From Myxococcota bacterium (GTDB lineage: Bacteria; Myxococcota_A; SURF-8): 64,000 nt of DNA. Position 1 is the stretch's first letter. Every line of letters starts with the position of its first letter. Of this stretch, positions 29,278 to 38,657 are shown piece after piece. Under the pieces are notes generated by a model. The model was not told where the DNA came from, searched no databases, and was given only the letters and a program-made list of their open reading frames with translations. The stretch is taken from positions 5,760,001-5,824,000 of the forward strand of contig OZ223209.1 of assembly GCA_965140415.1 (NCBI GenBank), read 5' to 3'. The position numbers and the translations under genes are program-made.

Positions 29278-30477
29278 ATGCGCAATACGCACTCGATATT
29301 CACCTGGAGCTTGCTGGTGTTTGTTTTATTGTCAATAGGGCTTGCCGGTTGCGGCGGTGAAGACGATCCGATCGCCGATGGCGATTGGGAAAGCAGCTCG
29401 GATGGTGACGAGGATACCGATTCGAACGACTGGATTCCCGATGGCGACACGGCCATCACCACGCGAAGCATCACGGTGCATCTTTTCGCCACCGATCAAC
29501 CTTATTTGTACTACAGCGGCAACAGTGGCCAGAGTTGGTCGCCCTATCCGGGAACGGCCATGGATGACGAAGACGACGGCTGGTGGGTCGCTGCGAATAT
29601 TATACGCAACGAGCCGGGCCAGTTGTATTTTCTGTTCAACGACGGTGCAGCCCAGCAGGATGCTGCGCAATGGCTCAAACCCAAGGGCGAAGAAAATTGC
29701 GACACTTGCCAGTTTCGCACCTCGCTGTTGGAAGTCTGGGTGAAAGATGGCCTGATGTACGACACCGACCCGGATACGCCGACTGATGGCGATGCAAGCG
29801 ACGGCGATCAAATCGATGGCGACACGATTGATGGCGATGCCATAGATGGAGACAGCACCGACGGCGACGTAGTAGACGGCGATACAATTGATGGCGATAT
29901 CACAGATGGCGACGTGGTTGACGGCGATGTCGTTGACGGTGACGTAGCTGACGGCGATATCGTCGATGGCGATATAACCGATGGTGATGTAGTCGATGGC
30001 GATGTGGTTGACGGTGATGTCGTGGATGGCGATATAACCGATGGTGACATCATTGACGGCGATATCGTGGATGGTGATGTGATCGATGGAGATCTGGCAG
30101 ATGGGGATGTCACGGATGGCGACGTGATTGACGGCGATAGTGTGGATGGCGATCTTACGGATGGCGACATCGAAACCGCGCCGACGTATCGAGTTCATTA
30201 TTACACCGGCTGGATTCCGCCCTACATTCACTACAGCTACGATGCTGGCACGACCTGGACTACGGTTCCCGGCGAAGCCATGAGCTTGGAAAGCGGTCAG
30301 TGGTGGGTCAAGGATATCGACATCAACCCGGCCTATCCGCTGTACTTCGTCTTCAATGACGGCGGGAGTAACTGGGATAATCCGAACCTGGACCCCAGCC
30401 AGAATTATGAAACCTCCGCCGGTGAATGCTGGGTGAAAGACGGCGTGGTCTACACCGACGGTCCTCCTGCGAAATAG
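29278..30477 (+). CDS. Lipoprotein with two starch-binding-like (CBM25/26-like) domains separated by a DGD-repeat linker
   Basis: Lipobox LAGC; duplicated PY..Y...W...PG.AM...WW...F.FNDG...WVKDG domains. Confidence 0.8.
   Translation: MRNTHSIFTWSLLVFVLLSIGLAGCGGEDDPIADGDWESSSDGDEDTDSNDWIPDGDTAITTRSITVHLFATDQPYLYYSGNSGQSWSPYPGTAMDDEDDGWWVAANIIRNEPGQLYFLFNDGAAQQDAAQWLKPKGEENCDTCQFRTSLLEVWVKDGLMYDTDPDTPTDGDASDGDQIDGDTIDGDAIDGDSTDGDVVDGDTIDGDITDGDVVDGDVVDGDVADGDIVDGDITDGDVVDGDVVDGDVVDGDITDGDIIDGDIVDGDVIDGDLADGDVTDGDVIDGDSVDGDLTDGDIETAPTYRVHYYTGWIPPYIHYSYDAGTTWTTVPGEAMSLESGQWWVKDIDINPAYPLYFVFNDGGSNWDNPNLDPSQNYETSAGECWVKDGVVYTDGPPAK
29785..30174 (+). repeat. 15-bp coding tandem repeat, 26 DGDxx units
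   Basis: Counted from the translation; xx mostly V/I/T. Confidence 0.95.
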
Positions 30478-30564
30478 GCAGGGTGTTTTCTATTGTAGCA
30501 GCGAGGCGTAAGCCCGCCGTTGTTCATGGTTTGTGCTGGTTCAAAACAGTTGCTTTCCGGGTGT

Positions 30565-31094
30565 GTGGCATGGGCTAACCGTAGGTTGCCCATGAGCCGA
30601 AACAAGAACACGGGCAAGCTCCATTTTATTCCGCTTGGCCACGTGCCACCCTTTGACATTGCCACTCATCGACCTACCGTAGGTCGGGCAGATTCTGCCC
30701 GACAATCTGCTTACCGCCCCGAAAGCGACGCGCTCCAATAGGCGGGATGCAGCATGACTCCCGTGCTTAACACCTGCTGGTTTTCCAAACGGATGATATT
30801 CAAGTCCCGCTTGTAAGGCATATCCGGTGGGTGGCATGGGCTAACCGTAGGTTGCCCATGAGCCGAAACAAGAACACGGGCAAGCTCCATTTTATTCCGC
30901 TTGGCCACGTGCCACCCTTTGACATTGCCACTCATCGACCTACAGTAGGTCGGGCAGATTCTGCCCGACAATTTGCCTTACCGCCCCGAAAGCGACGCGC
31001 TCCAATAGGCGGGATGCAGCATAACTCCCGTGCTTAACACCTGCTGGTTTTCCGAACGGATGATATTCAAGTCCCGCTTGTAAGGCATATCCGG
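30565..31094. repeat. ~266-bp tandem duplication containing REP-like palindromes and the 3' end of the adjacent gene
   Basis: 30565-30827 matches 30831-31094 with a few substitutions and an indel. Confidence 0.95.
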
Positions 31095-32228
31095 GTAGGG
31101 AAGCGCATCCGAGAACAGACCATAGCGATAATCCAAGCCGCCCAGACCGACTTCGTAGGAACCTTGTGCGGAGAAATAGTAAAAGCCGATCACATCATCG
31201 GAATAGGTATCGAAAATCGCGCCTTCCTCGTCGACGAAACCCAGAAAGACCACCGCATGTCCGCTGCCGCTGGTGCGATTGAAATTGATGAACGAACCCG
31301 GCTGCAATTGTTCGAAGGGACAATGCTCGCCCATGCCGAATGCTTCCAGCGCATCGGCGGTTCCGGCTGAGCCCAGATCGTAATTGACCCAGAGCCAGCT
31401 TTTGATATCGGTATCCTCCATGTTTTCCCAACTGCTTTTAGGCAGGTATTCCCACACGCTTTGGTCGCCGGTGTCGGCGCTGTACAGTTGCAGGGCGGTC
31501 AGAATGACTTCCATCATGGCGGAAACGCTCATGGTGCGCGAGCCGCCGGTGGCATAAATCAAGCCGTGCGGACCATAGGCGATGTCGTGAGTCAGCTCGG
31601 CGGCATCGTATCCCAACAGACCGTAATTCGTGTAGGCATACTCCACCGCTGCCAGGATATAGGCATTGAATAACCGAGGCGCTTCGATGTCGGCTTCTAC
31701 ATCGAATTCGGCGTCAGCTTCTACATCCGGTTCTGTATCCGGTTCTACATCCGCTTCCAACTCGAATTCAATTTCTGCATCCGGATCCGTTTCGGCCTCG
31801 ACGTCAACCGCTTCCGTTCTTTCCAGCTCGACTTCGCCCTCTAGCTCGGAGTCGCTCTCCGCGTCTCTCTCGCGTTCTTCATCATCCGTGGAGTCAAGCT
31901 CTACATCGAATTCGAAAATGTCGAACTCGGCATCCGCTTCCGTTGTGTCGGCGTTTTCCTTGTCGCTGTCGCCCTGCTCCTCGTCCGCATCGAGATCGCC
32001 ATCCACGGCGGAATCCGGATCTTCATCCGTTTTCGAATCGCCGTCCGGCGGCTCGAAATCCACATCCCCAGCCGGGTTGCAGCCATTCTGGCAAACGCCG
32101 TCGCAGCAAAGCAAAGTACCACCGCAATCCCCATCATCGGAGCAGGGTTCTCCCAAAGATGCCGAATCGCTGCTGCACGAACAAAACAGCAGAGCGGCGG
32201 CCAGGATAAAAAGCGAAATTCGGTTCAT
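30978..32228 (-). CDS. Lipoprotein with Cys-rich N-terminus, acidic linker and uncharacterised C-terminal domain
   Basis: Signal peptide ending ...FCSC; LGEPCSDDGDC...CCDGVC; long D/E-rich linker; GHAVVFLG motif. Confidence 0.8.
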   Translation of the reverse strand: MNRISLFILAAALLFCSCSSDSASLGEPCSDDGDCGGTLLCCDGVCQNGCNPAGDVDFEPPDGDSKTDEDPDSAVDGDLDADEEQGDSDKENADTTEADAEFDIFEFDVELDSTDDEERERDAESDSELEGEVELERTEAVDVEAETDPDAEIEFELEADVEPDTEPDVEADAEFDVEADIEAPRLFNAYILAAVEYAYTNYGLLGYDAAELTHDIAYGPHGLIYATGGSRTMSVSAMMEVILTALQLYSADTGDQSVWEYLPKSSWENMEDTDIKSWLWVNYDLGSAGTADALEAFGMGEHCPFEQLQPGSFINFNRTSGSGHAVVFLGFVDEEGAIFDTYSDDVIGFYYFSAQGSYEVGLGGLDYRYGLFSDALPYPDMPYKRDLNIIRSENQQVLSTGVMLHPAYWSASLSGR

Positions 32229-32270
32229 GGCTCGATTTCCTTAACAGGGCGATTGTAGCCGTCTGTCACC

Positions 32271-34859
32271 TTAGCGGTCGCCGTCTGTGGGGATGACCAG
32301 GTTTCCCGCTTCACGCGCCAGCGGCGCTCCGTCCACGATCAGATAAAACAGCACCGCTTCCGGCGCGCTGGCGGCGTCGTAGCCGATGGAAACGGAAGTC
32401 AGGTTGCCGTTGCTGTCACTTTCCAATTCCGTATCCAGACCGTAGTCCAACTGCAAGGGGCGCAATTCGGCATCGGTTACGAGCAGATTGATGGTGTGCT
32501 CACTGGCTTTGATGCTGGAACCGGTAACCGTCGCCGTGACGCGCTCGCCATTGGAATCGAAGCTCACCGCGCCGATGCCGCTGACCGGCGTGATGCGGCC
32601 TTCGTTGTACGGCTCCAGAATCGCCGCACCGTAGGCGATCAGCATGTCGCTTTCCGGGTTGCACAGCCCCAACAGGCGCAGGAACTGACCGTAGAGCGGA
32701 ATCCCGGCGCAGAGCGTTTTCGCGTACACGGTTGCCGCTTCAGGCGCTTCGCCGTCGGCGTTTAACATAGCGCTGATACGGAACGTATTGAAACTCAAGT
32801 CTGCCGACATGATCTCCAGACCGAAACCGGCTTCGTTGATCAACGTCATGCCGCCGTTCTGGTAGCTCATCTGAACCGGGAAGACGCCGTGCGTTTCCGG
32901 CTCGATCACGGTCGCCCCGTCTTCACCGGTGGGACGACCTTCCGTCACCCAGCCCAGCCAGTTGTCCTGCTGCTTGTCGATCAGGGTGATGACGAAATGC
33001 AGCGAGTCGAAACCGATCTGGTTGTAGCTGGGCATCAACGTCGGATAGGGAGCCGCCAGTCGTCGCAGTTCCCAGGCGGAAACCGGCTGCCCGATGGAGG
33101 GTTGCAGGGCGGGCACAGCCTCTGCCAGGGCGGGTTGGATATCGAAGACGAAATCTTGATTGTAGCTGCCCCCTTTGGTGCCGCCGCTCATCGCCAGTCC
33201 CTGACGATCCGGGCTAATCAGGTAATCGCCCGAAAGCGTGATCGTTACCTTGCCTTCGTTGTCTCCGGCAAACACGCTTTCCGGCACGACGGTAACAAAG
33301 CGCCGATCCGCGCTGATTTGAACGTCTACTTCCGAGGGAGGATCGAGCGTGATCGTCATATTGTCGTTGTCGATCAGCGCCAGGGTTGTGTCGCCGCCCT
33401 CACGCACCATCAACGTAAAGGCCAGGGCACGATTGGGTGCGATGGAATCCGGCGCGGTTTGCAGCGGCGTACCGAAATTGGTCGTAAAGCGGATTTCGAC
33501 GCTGTCGTCCGGCAAGGGTTCGTCCGGCCCCAGCATACAGGCCGGGTTGCTCGCCTGCGCGCTTCGCAGGCAGTAATCGTAGGGAACGCCGAAAATCTCG
33601 CCCGATTCCCCTGCTATGTAAATCGCGTGCATGCCCAGTGCGGGCGAGGCGTTCAGGTCGTCGCGGTCGTCGTCGATCAGCTTCAGCGCCCATTTCAGCG
33701 TACCGTCCGAGTTCAGCACGACCAGGTAGCCGTCACCGGTTCCAGCGTAGATCTGGCCTTGGCCGTCGACGGCGGGAGAGGAGCGGATCGGTGCGCCCCA
33801 GTCGAACGCCCATTGTTCCGTGCCGTCATCCGGGTCCAGCGCGTAAATCGAACCATCGGCTCCCGCCTGCAACACCCAGCCATCCGGGTGCAAGGCCGCA
33901 CTGGCGTAGATATGATCCTTGGCGGCGAATTCCCAGCGGACGTTCCCCGTTTCTCCATCGTAGGCGCGGGAGAAGCCATCGTAGCCGCCCAGCACGAACG
34001 CACCGTTATCCAACAGCAGCGCGCTGGCGGCGATGGTGCCCAGTGACGTCTGTTTCCACAGCCTGTTTCCATCGAAGTCGTAGGCGAACACATTGCCGAA
34101 AATGTCTACCACGTTGTTATTGCCGATGTAGATGCGCTCGTTCTCGACGTCGATAGCCGGTAAGGACCAGGTCTGATCGGACATGGTGATGCGCCAGATG
34201 CGCTCGCCCGTGTCGCGGTCGATGGCGTAAATAAAGAAGTTGTCGTTTCCGGCGATCAGCATGCCGTTGGATGCGATGGTGATATTGCCTTCGAACCAAC
34301 GAATGAAGGCGTTGTTCTCTGCCGGATCGTCGGCCTGAAAAGTCCAGACTTCCTCCCCGCTTTGTGCATCCAGCGCGTAGATGTGACCGTCGCCGCTGCC
34401 GAAATAAACGCGGCCCTTATCGTCCAGCAAGGCGGCGCTGTCGATGATCTCGCCGGTTTCCTTTTTCCATTTCAGGCTGCCGTCGGCGTTTAGCGCATAG
34501 AAAAAGCGATCCGCAGAGCCGCAATACACGGTGCCATCCGCACCGACGATCGGAGAGGAGAAAATCCCCTTGCCGGTGGGATAGGCCCAGAAGTCGGCGC
34601 CGTCATCGGTCAAATTCCATTCGGCAGCGCCGGTCTGTTTGGCGTTGCGACGAAATTTGGGCCAGGGGCTTTTCGGGTCCAACGGAACGTCGTAACTGAA
34701 ACTCGTGGGCTGATCACCGTCCGTGAGTTCGGCATCGCCATCCAGATCGCCGTCCGGATTTTCGCAATCCGAACCGGTGCAGTCATCCGAACCACAGCCT
34801 GCAATCATGACAAACGCGAGCAACAGGCAGAAAATCCACAAATGCGATTTGTGCAGCAT
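32271..34859 (-). CDS. Lipoprotein with PQQ-like (BamB-type) beta-propeller repeats
   Basis: Lipobox IAGC; WPKFRRN; repeated SSP...DG.VY.GS.D..YAL...G..W motifs; start uncertain. Confidence 0.88.
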   Translation of the reverse strand: MLHKSHLWIFCLLLAFVMIAGCGSDDCTGSDCENPDGDLDGDAELTDGDQPTSFSYDVPLDPKSPWPKFRRNAKQTGAAEWNLTDDGADFWAYPTGKGIFSSPIVGADGTVYCGSADRFFYALNADGSLKWKKETGEIIDSAALLDDKGRVYFGSGDGHIYALDAQSGEEVWTFQADDPAENNAFIRWFEGNITIASNGMLIAGNDNFFIYAIDRDTGERIWRITMSDQTWSLPAIDVENERIYIGNNNVVDIFGNVFAYDFDGNRLWKQTSLGTIAASALLLDNGAFVLGGYDGFSRAYDGETGNVRWEFAAKDHIYASAALHPDGWVLQAGADGSIYALDPDDGTEQWAFDWGAPIRSSPAVDGQGQIYAGTGDGYLVVLNSDGTLKWALKLIDDDRDDLNASPALGMHAIYIAGESGEIFGVPYDYCLRSAQASNPACMLGPDEPLPDDSVEIRFTTNFGTPLQTAPDSIAPNRALAFTLMVREGGDTTLALIDNDNMTITLDPPSEVDVQISADRRFVTVVPESVFAGDNEGKVTITLSGDYLISPDRQGLAMSGGTKGGSYNQDFVFDIQPALAEAVPALQPSIGQPVSAWELRRLAAPYPTLMPSYNQIGFDSLHFVITLIDKQQDNWLGWVTEGRPTGEDGATVIEPETHGVFPVQMSYQNGGMTLINEAGFGLEIMSADLSFNTFRISAMLNADGEAPEAATVYAKTLCAGIPLYGQFLRLLGLCNPESDMLIAYGAAILEPYNEGRITPVSGIGAVSFDSNGERVTATVTGSSIKASEHTINLLVTDAELRPLQLDYGLDTELESDSNGNLTSVSIGYDAASAPEAVLFYLIVDGAPLAREAGNLVIPTDGDR

Positions 34860-35026
34860 GGCCAATCCTTGTTTGAAAGTTTCGATTGTGTTGATGTTAG
34901 ATCCTGTATCCGTTAATAGCATGACAACCCTTCCTTTGCAATATGCAAGGCTTTCTTAAACGGCAAACAACCGGATGAATACGTCACCCGGTTGCCTGTC
35001 GAATTTTGTCGTTTTATTGACGCTTG

Positions 35027-36673
35027 CTATTTTACGGAGCAATTCGGCAAGGCGTCATCCGTATCCACATACAAGCACTGCTCCGTCCGATGCGTTGCGT
35101 AGTGATTCAGCACCTCGAACGATTCCATGCCGAATTCGATTGCACCCAGTGACAGCCCAGTTGGAAGGTATTCGTCGGGATTGAATACGGCGATTTTCTG
35201 CAACGCCAGCGAATACGTCGTAGCAGGATCGATGGTTTCCGGCGCAGAGAACACCCATTCGTCCGAGGCTTCATCGATCATCCGTTGCAGGTCTGTGCCA
35301 TTTAGCGAAGTCGTATAGTAGCTGTTGAAGCCCGGCGAACCGGAAGGCTGCCGCTCGATTTTATAAGTGTCGAGCATGTTTTGCTGGTTGAATTCACCTG
35401 ATCCCCAACTGGCCCAGATCGTATCCAGGTATACCGCAGCGGCATCCGTCTGCAAGGCGTATTGTGCGGCTTTGGATGTGATTTGCGCGACATCGTAATT
35501 GGAATGCGAGGCTTTCAAGTATCCGGCTGCATCCAGATAGGTGGGAGCGTAGCGTTTCATGATCGCTTCGATATCGGACTGAAGTTGCGCATCTACCGGC
35601 ATCGTTCCGGGGAAAGTCATGTTCAGGCAATGCTCGTGTTCGATCACTTCTTTGTTCGACAAGTCCACCTTCACATCCAGCCGCGTGACGAACTGGGCGT
35701 TTGAGCCGCTTTGTACAATGATCGTATCTTCGATAATGGAAGGATCTCCCATGATGGTATGCGAATGACCACCCAGGATGATATCGATTCCGGGGACTGC
35801 CGCCGCCAATGCTTCATCGCCTCCCTGCCCGAGGTGACTCACCATCACGACCAGATCCACATCTTCGCCATGCTGGGCCAGCAGTTCACTGGCCCGTTCT
35901 TCATAGTCGTAACGAGAGTGAAAATCTCCGCCGACAAAGAAATCGCCGTCGTATTGCTGATTGCGCTCGTTCCACGGTTTGGACACCATGCCCATAAATC
36001 CGATTCTTACACAACCGACCTGAACTTCTGCCCAGTCCACCGCGCCCCAGTCCTCGGAGTTGGCCCCGGCGTATTCCGTGTTCGAGGCCAGCACGATGGC
36101 GTTGGGATCTTTCGAAAACGCCAGCAACTCCTCCGGTCCCCAGGCGAAGTCGTGATTGCCGATCACCCGAACATCGAATTTCATGGCATGGACGACTTCC
36201 ACCGTACTGTATCCGGCGGATAAGGCTTCGGCCACCGACCCTTTTTCGTGATCGTCACCGCCATCGGTGAAGAGTGTATACGGGTTTTCCTCTTTGACCG
36301 ACAAGTAATAGCCTCTAAGCGCCGCCGCCGGGCTTTCGCTGTCGTAATTCGGACAGGGTTGATAGGTGGAATGCAGATCGTTGATGTGAACGAAGGTTAC
36401 CGTCTGTTGCGTCGCATCGGTATCGCAGGCAGGAAAGGCCGCTTGCGCCACTTCGGCGTCGGCATCCGTGTCACCATCGGTACCATCTCCATCGATTACG
36501 GTTTGGTCCCCGTCTTGCTGGCTATCGCCATCGGTGGTGGCGTTTGGCTCTTCGTCGCCATCGGGTGAGTCCTGTTCCTCATTGCATCCAAGTACTATTG
36601 TTACGAGCAGCAGGGTTAGAACAAGAACGGCGTTAATCAGGTTACTGGATGATCTCATGCTACGATTCCTCAT
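35027..36673 (-). CDS. Lipoprotein, bifunctional metallophosphatase/5'-nucleotidase-like
   Basis: Lipobox VLGC; HINDLH, DGGD, GNHDF, VSHLG, GGHSH. Confidence 0.88.
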   Translation of the reverse strand: MRNRSMRSSSNLINAVLVLTLLLVTIVLGCNEEQDSPDGDEEPNATTDGDSQQDGDQTVIDGDGTDGDTDADAEVAQAAFPACDTDATQQTVTFVHINDLHSTYQPCPNYDSESPAAALRGYYLSVKEENPYTLFTDGGDDHEKGSVAEALSAGYSTVEVVHAMKFDVRVIGNHDFAWGPEELLAFSKDPNAIVLASNTEYAGANSEDWGAVDWAEVQVGCVRIGFMGMVSKPWNERNQQYDGDFFVGGDFHSRYDYEERASELLAQHGEDVDLVVMVSHLGQGGDEALAAAVPGIDIILGGHSHTIMGDPSIIEDTIIVQSGSNAQFVTRLDVKVDLSNKEVIEHEHCLNMTFPGTMPVDAQLQSDIEAIMKRYAPTYLDAAGYLKASHSNYDVAQITSKAAQYALQTDAAAVYLDTIWASWGSGEFNQQNMLDTYKIERQPSGSPGFNSYYTTSLNGTDLQRMIDEASDEWVFSAPETIDPATTYSLALQKIAVFNPDEYLPTGLSLGAIEFGMESFEVLNHYATHRTEQCLYVDTDDALPNCSVK

Positions 36674-37177
36674 TCCACTGGTAAATAACGACGGATCGCG
36701 TCGATCCGAAATGCATTGCTGTTTATTTATTGAAAAGCGGACGTGCTTTTTAATTGCCTTTGTATTCTGTTCAGAACGGCTGGGAGATCAAGTTAGAATT
36801 CGGTTTGGAAATCGCCATCATCGTGGCAAAGCGCTGCGCCGCGCGAACGTCGCCGAAAACATCCAACGATCGATTGCTGGAGCTTTTTTCTTGGGCTGGA
36901 AGGCTGAGTAAATTGGTTTTCATCATTTCCAAAGTGGTTGTTGAACAGTCACGGTTGTCGTTTGCACTTTAGAAAGGATAAAGTCGGTATGATTGATTGA
37001 AATGAGATTTCGGTTAGCTATGAATTAGACACTGATAACCATACATTAACATTTGATTGCACTGAAACCGTTCCAGAAAACCGGCGGAAATGAAATAGCT
37101 GAAGGAATCCGAAATCTTGAAAAGATTTTCATTCGGTGTTAGGAGAACGAGTCACAGTGGCCTAGCGTATCGATTCT

Positions 37178-37310
37178 ATTACTCAATTCCAATCATCGAG
37201 TAATCATGCTGTGACATGGTCTCACGGGATGAATATTCCGGGAGGCCGTGTCTGACATCAAGAAAACACAAAGCCTTCCGCGATCTTCGGTAGCGTAAGA
37301 CCATGGCACA
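37178..37310. repeat. ~133-bp structured REPIN-like element, copy 3 (most diverged)
   Basis: Aligns with copies 1 and 2; several changes preserve pairing. Confidence 0.88.
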
Positions 37311-37350
37311 CTTTCGTATAATCAATATTTCATATTGATGAGCAGTTAGC

Positions 37351-37887
37351 TTAGTCGATGGGCACACCGACCGTGCGGAAGGAAAGCCCCTGCTGGCTGG
37401 CGGTGCTGATCATCACGCATTCGATCAACGGCGTGGATACTTTTACAGTCGACTGCCAGTGAACCAGGAAATTCGCGCCGCTTCCGCCGCTGGTATCGCG
37501 CGCGCCGACGATGTATTCCAGCGTTCCCAAAGGCGGAATTCGTAACGGCTGCGGAACGTATTCTCGTACCAGTTTGCCGTTCGTATCGTGATAGGTGACC
37601 GAGTCGATATAAATGGATTCATGCACGTCGGTATTGCGGATACTGAGCGTGTTGGTCAAATAGAAATTCTTGCTATCCTCGTGGTAGATGTGACTATAGG
37701 CGGAAACATATACATTGTGCCCCTCGATCATGCGTAGCTGCTTCCATTTTTCGGCAGCGACTTTTTCTCCACCTTCGCTGGTGACCGTCCGTTTTCCGTT
37801 GCGATGGTTTTGACCGCAACCAAATGGAGACAGAAACAGCGAAAGCAATACAAGCGCGATCAACATCATTTTCAGCGGGCTATGCAT
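37351..37887 (-). CDS. DUF3124-like lipoprotein
   Basis: VYVSAYSHIY, LSIRNTD, YHDT.GKLVR.Y, GGSGANFLV.W, GLSF. Confidence 0.8.
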   Translation of the reverse strand: MHSPLKMMLIALVLLSLFLSPFGCGQNHRNGKRTVTSEGGEKVAAEKWKQLRMIEGHNVYVSAYSHIYHEDSKNFYLTNTLSIRNTDVHESIYIDSVTYHDTNGKLVREYVPQPLRIPPLGTLEYIVGARDTSGGSGANFLVHWQSTVKVSTPLIECVMISTASQQGLSFRTVGVPID

Positions 37888-38354
37888 GAAAGAACTCCTT
37901 CTGCTAAAAAGCGAATCCGAAATTGATTGTAGAGGCAGAAGGCGCTGTCGTCAACTATCGAAAGATCGAGTTTTTGTGCATCCGAGATTCCATGGCATTC
38001 TGTCGGGCGAGAGCCATCCGGTTTTGCTATGTCGCTCGCCATCTTGAGTGTTCGTGAAGGATTTTTAATTCGAGGCCAACCGCAAACACATCTTTTTGGC
38101 CGCTAAATGACCACGTAACCAACACTAAATGGCCACTACATGACCGTAAAGTGACAGTTCCTTTCTCGCAGCAAAGGCAGCGTCCGGCAGCATCCGGTAG
38201 CGTCAAGCTGCAAAACACAACTTAATGCAATAGCAGGCAGCATGAGCGACTGTGCGTTACCGGTCATTTAGTGTACGTTTGCTGGTCGTTTAGGGGTCGT
38301 CTACGGTTTTCTTCTGAGCTTGCGAAATGTAGTGAGATGGTAGCAACATTTTCC

Positions 38355-38480
38355 CGTTGGTCGGCTACAGCGTAGCCGACAAGCAATGTCGCATTCAATT
38401 TCATTGTTGGAGCATGGGCTCCTGTCCTGCTCCAACTAAAAGGTAGCAACATTTTCGCGGTCGGGTCATCTGACCCGATA
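38355..38480. repeat. Cluster of REP-like palindromes
   Basis: GTCGGCTAC/GTAGCCGAC; GTTGGAGCA...TGCTCCAAC (38406-38436); TCGGGTCA/TGACCCGA. Confidence 0.7.
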
Positions 38481-38657
38481 ATTCCGAGAAAAATTCTACG
38501 GAATTTAAACGACTTCTCCGAAGAATCAAACCAGCAGCGGCACTCGATTCGCGCCAACAGTGGGAATCAATTTGCTTGGCGAGCCATCTGTTTCCCCGTA
38601 TACTAATCGGGTTTATCGTCGGATAAAGACTGAAACCCAGCAGCCAACGGAGAGGAC

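Noticed and set aside
30711-30971. 86-aa ORF ending like the neighbouring lipoprotein
   Set aside because: By-product of the tandem duplication; its N-terminal part is translated REP sequence.
32889-34046. 385-aa plus-strand ORF
   Set aside because: Antisense to the well-supported beta-propeller lipoprotein.
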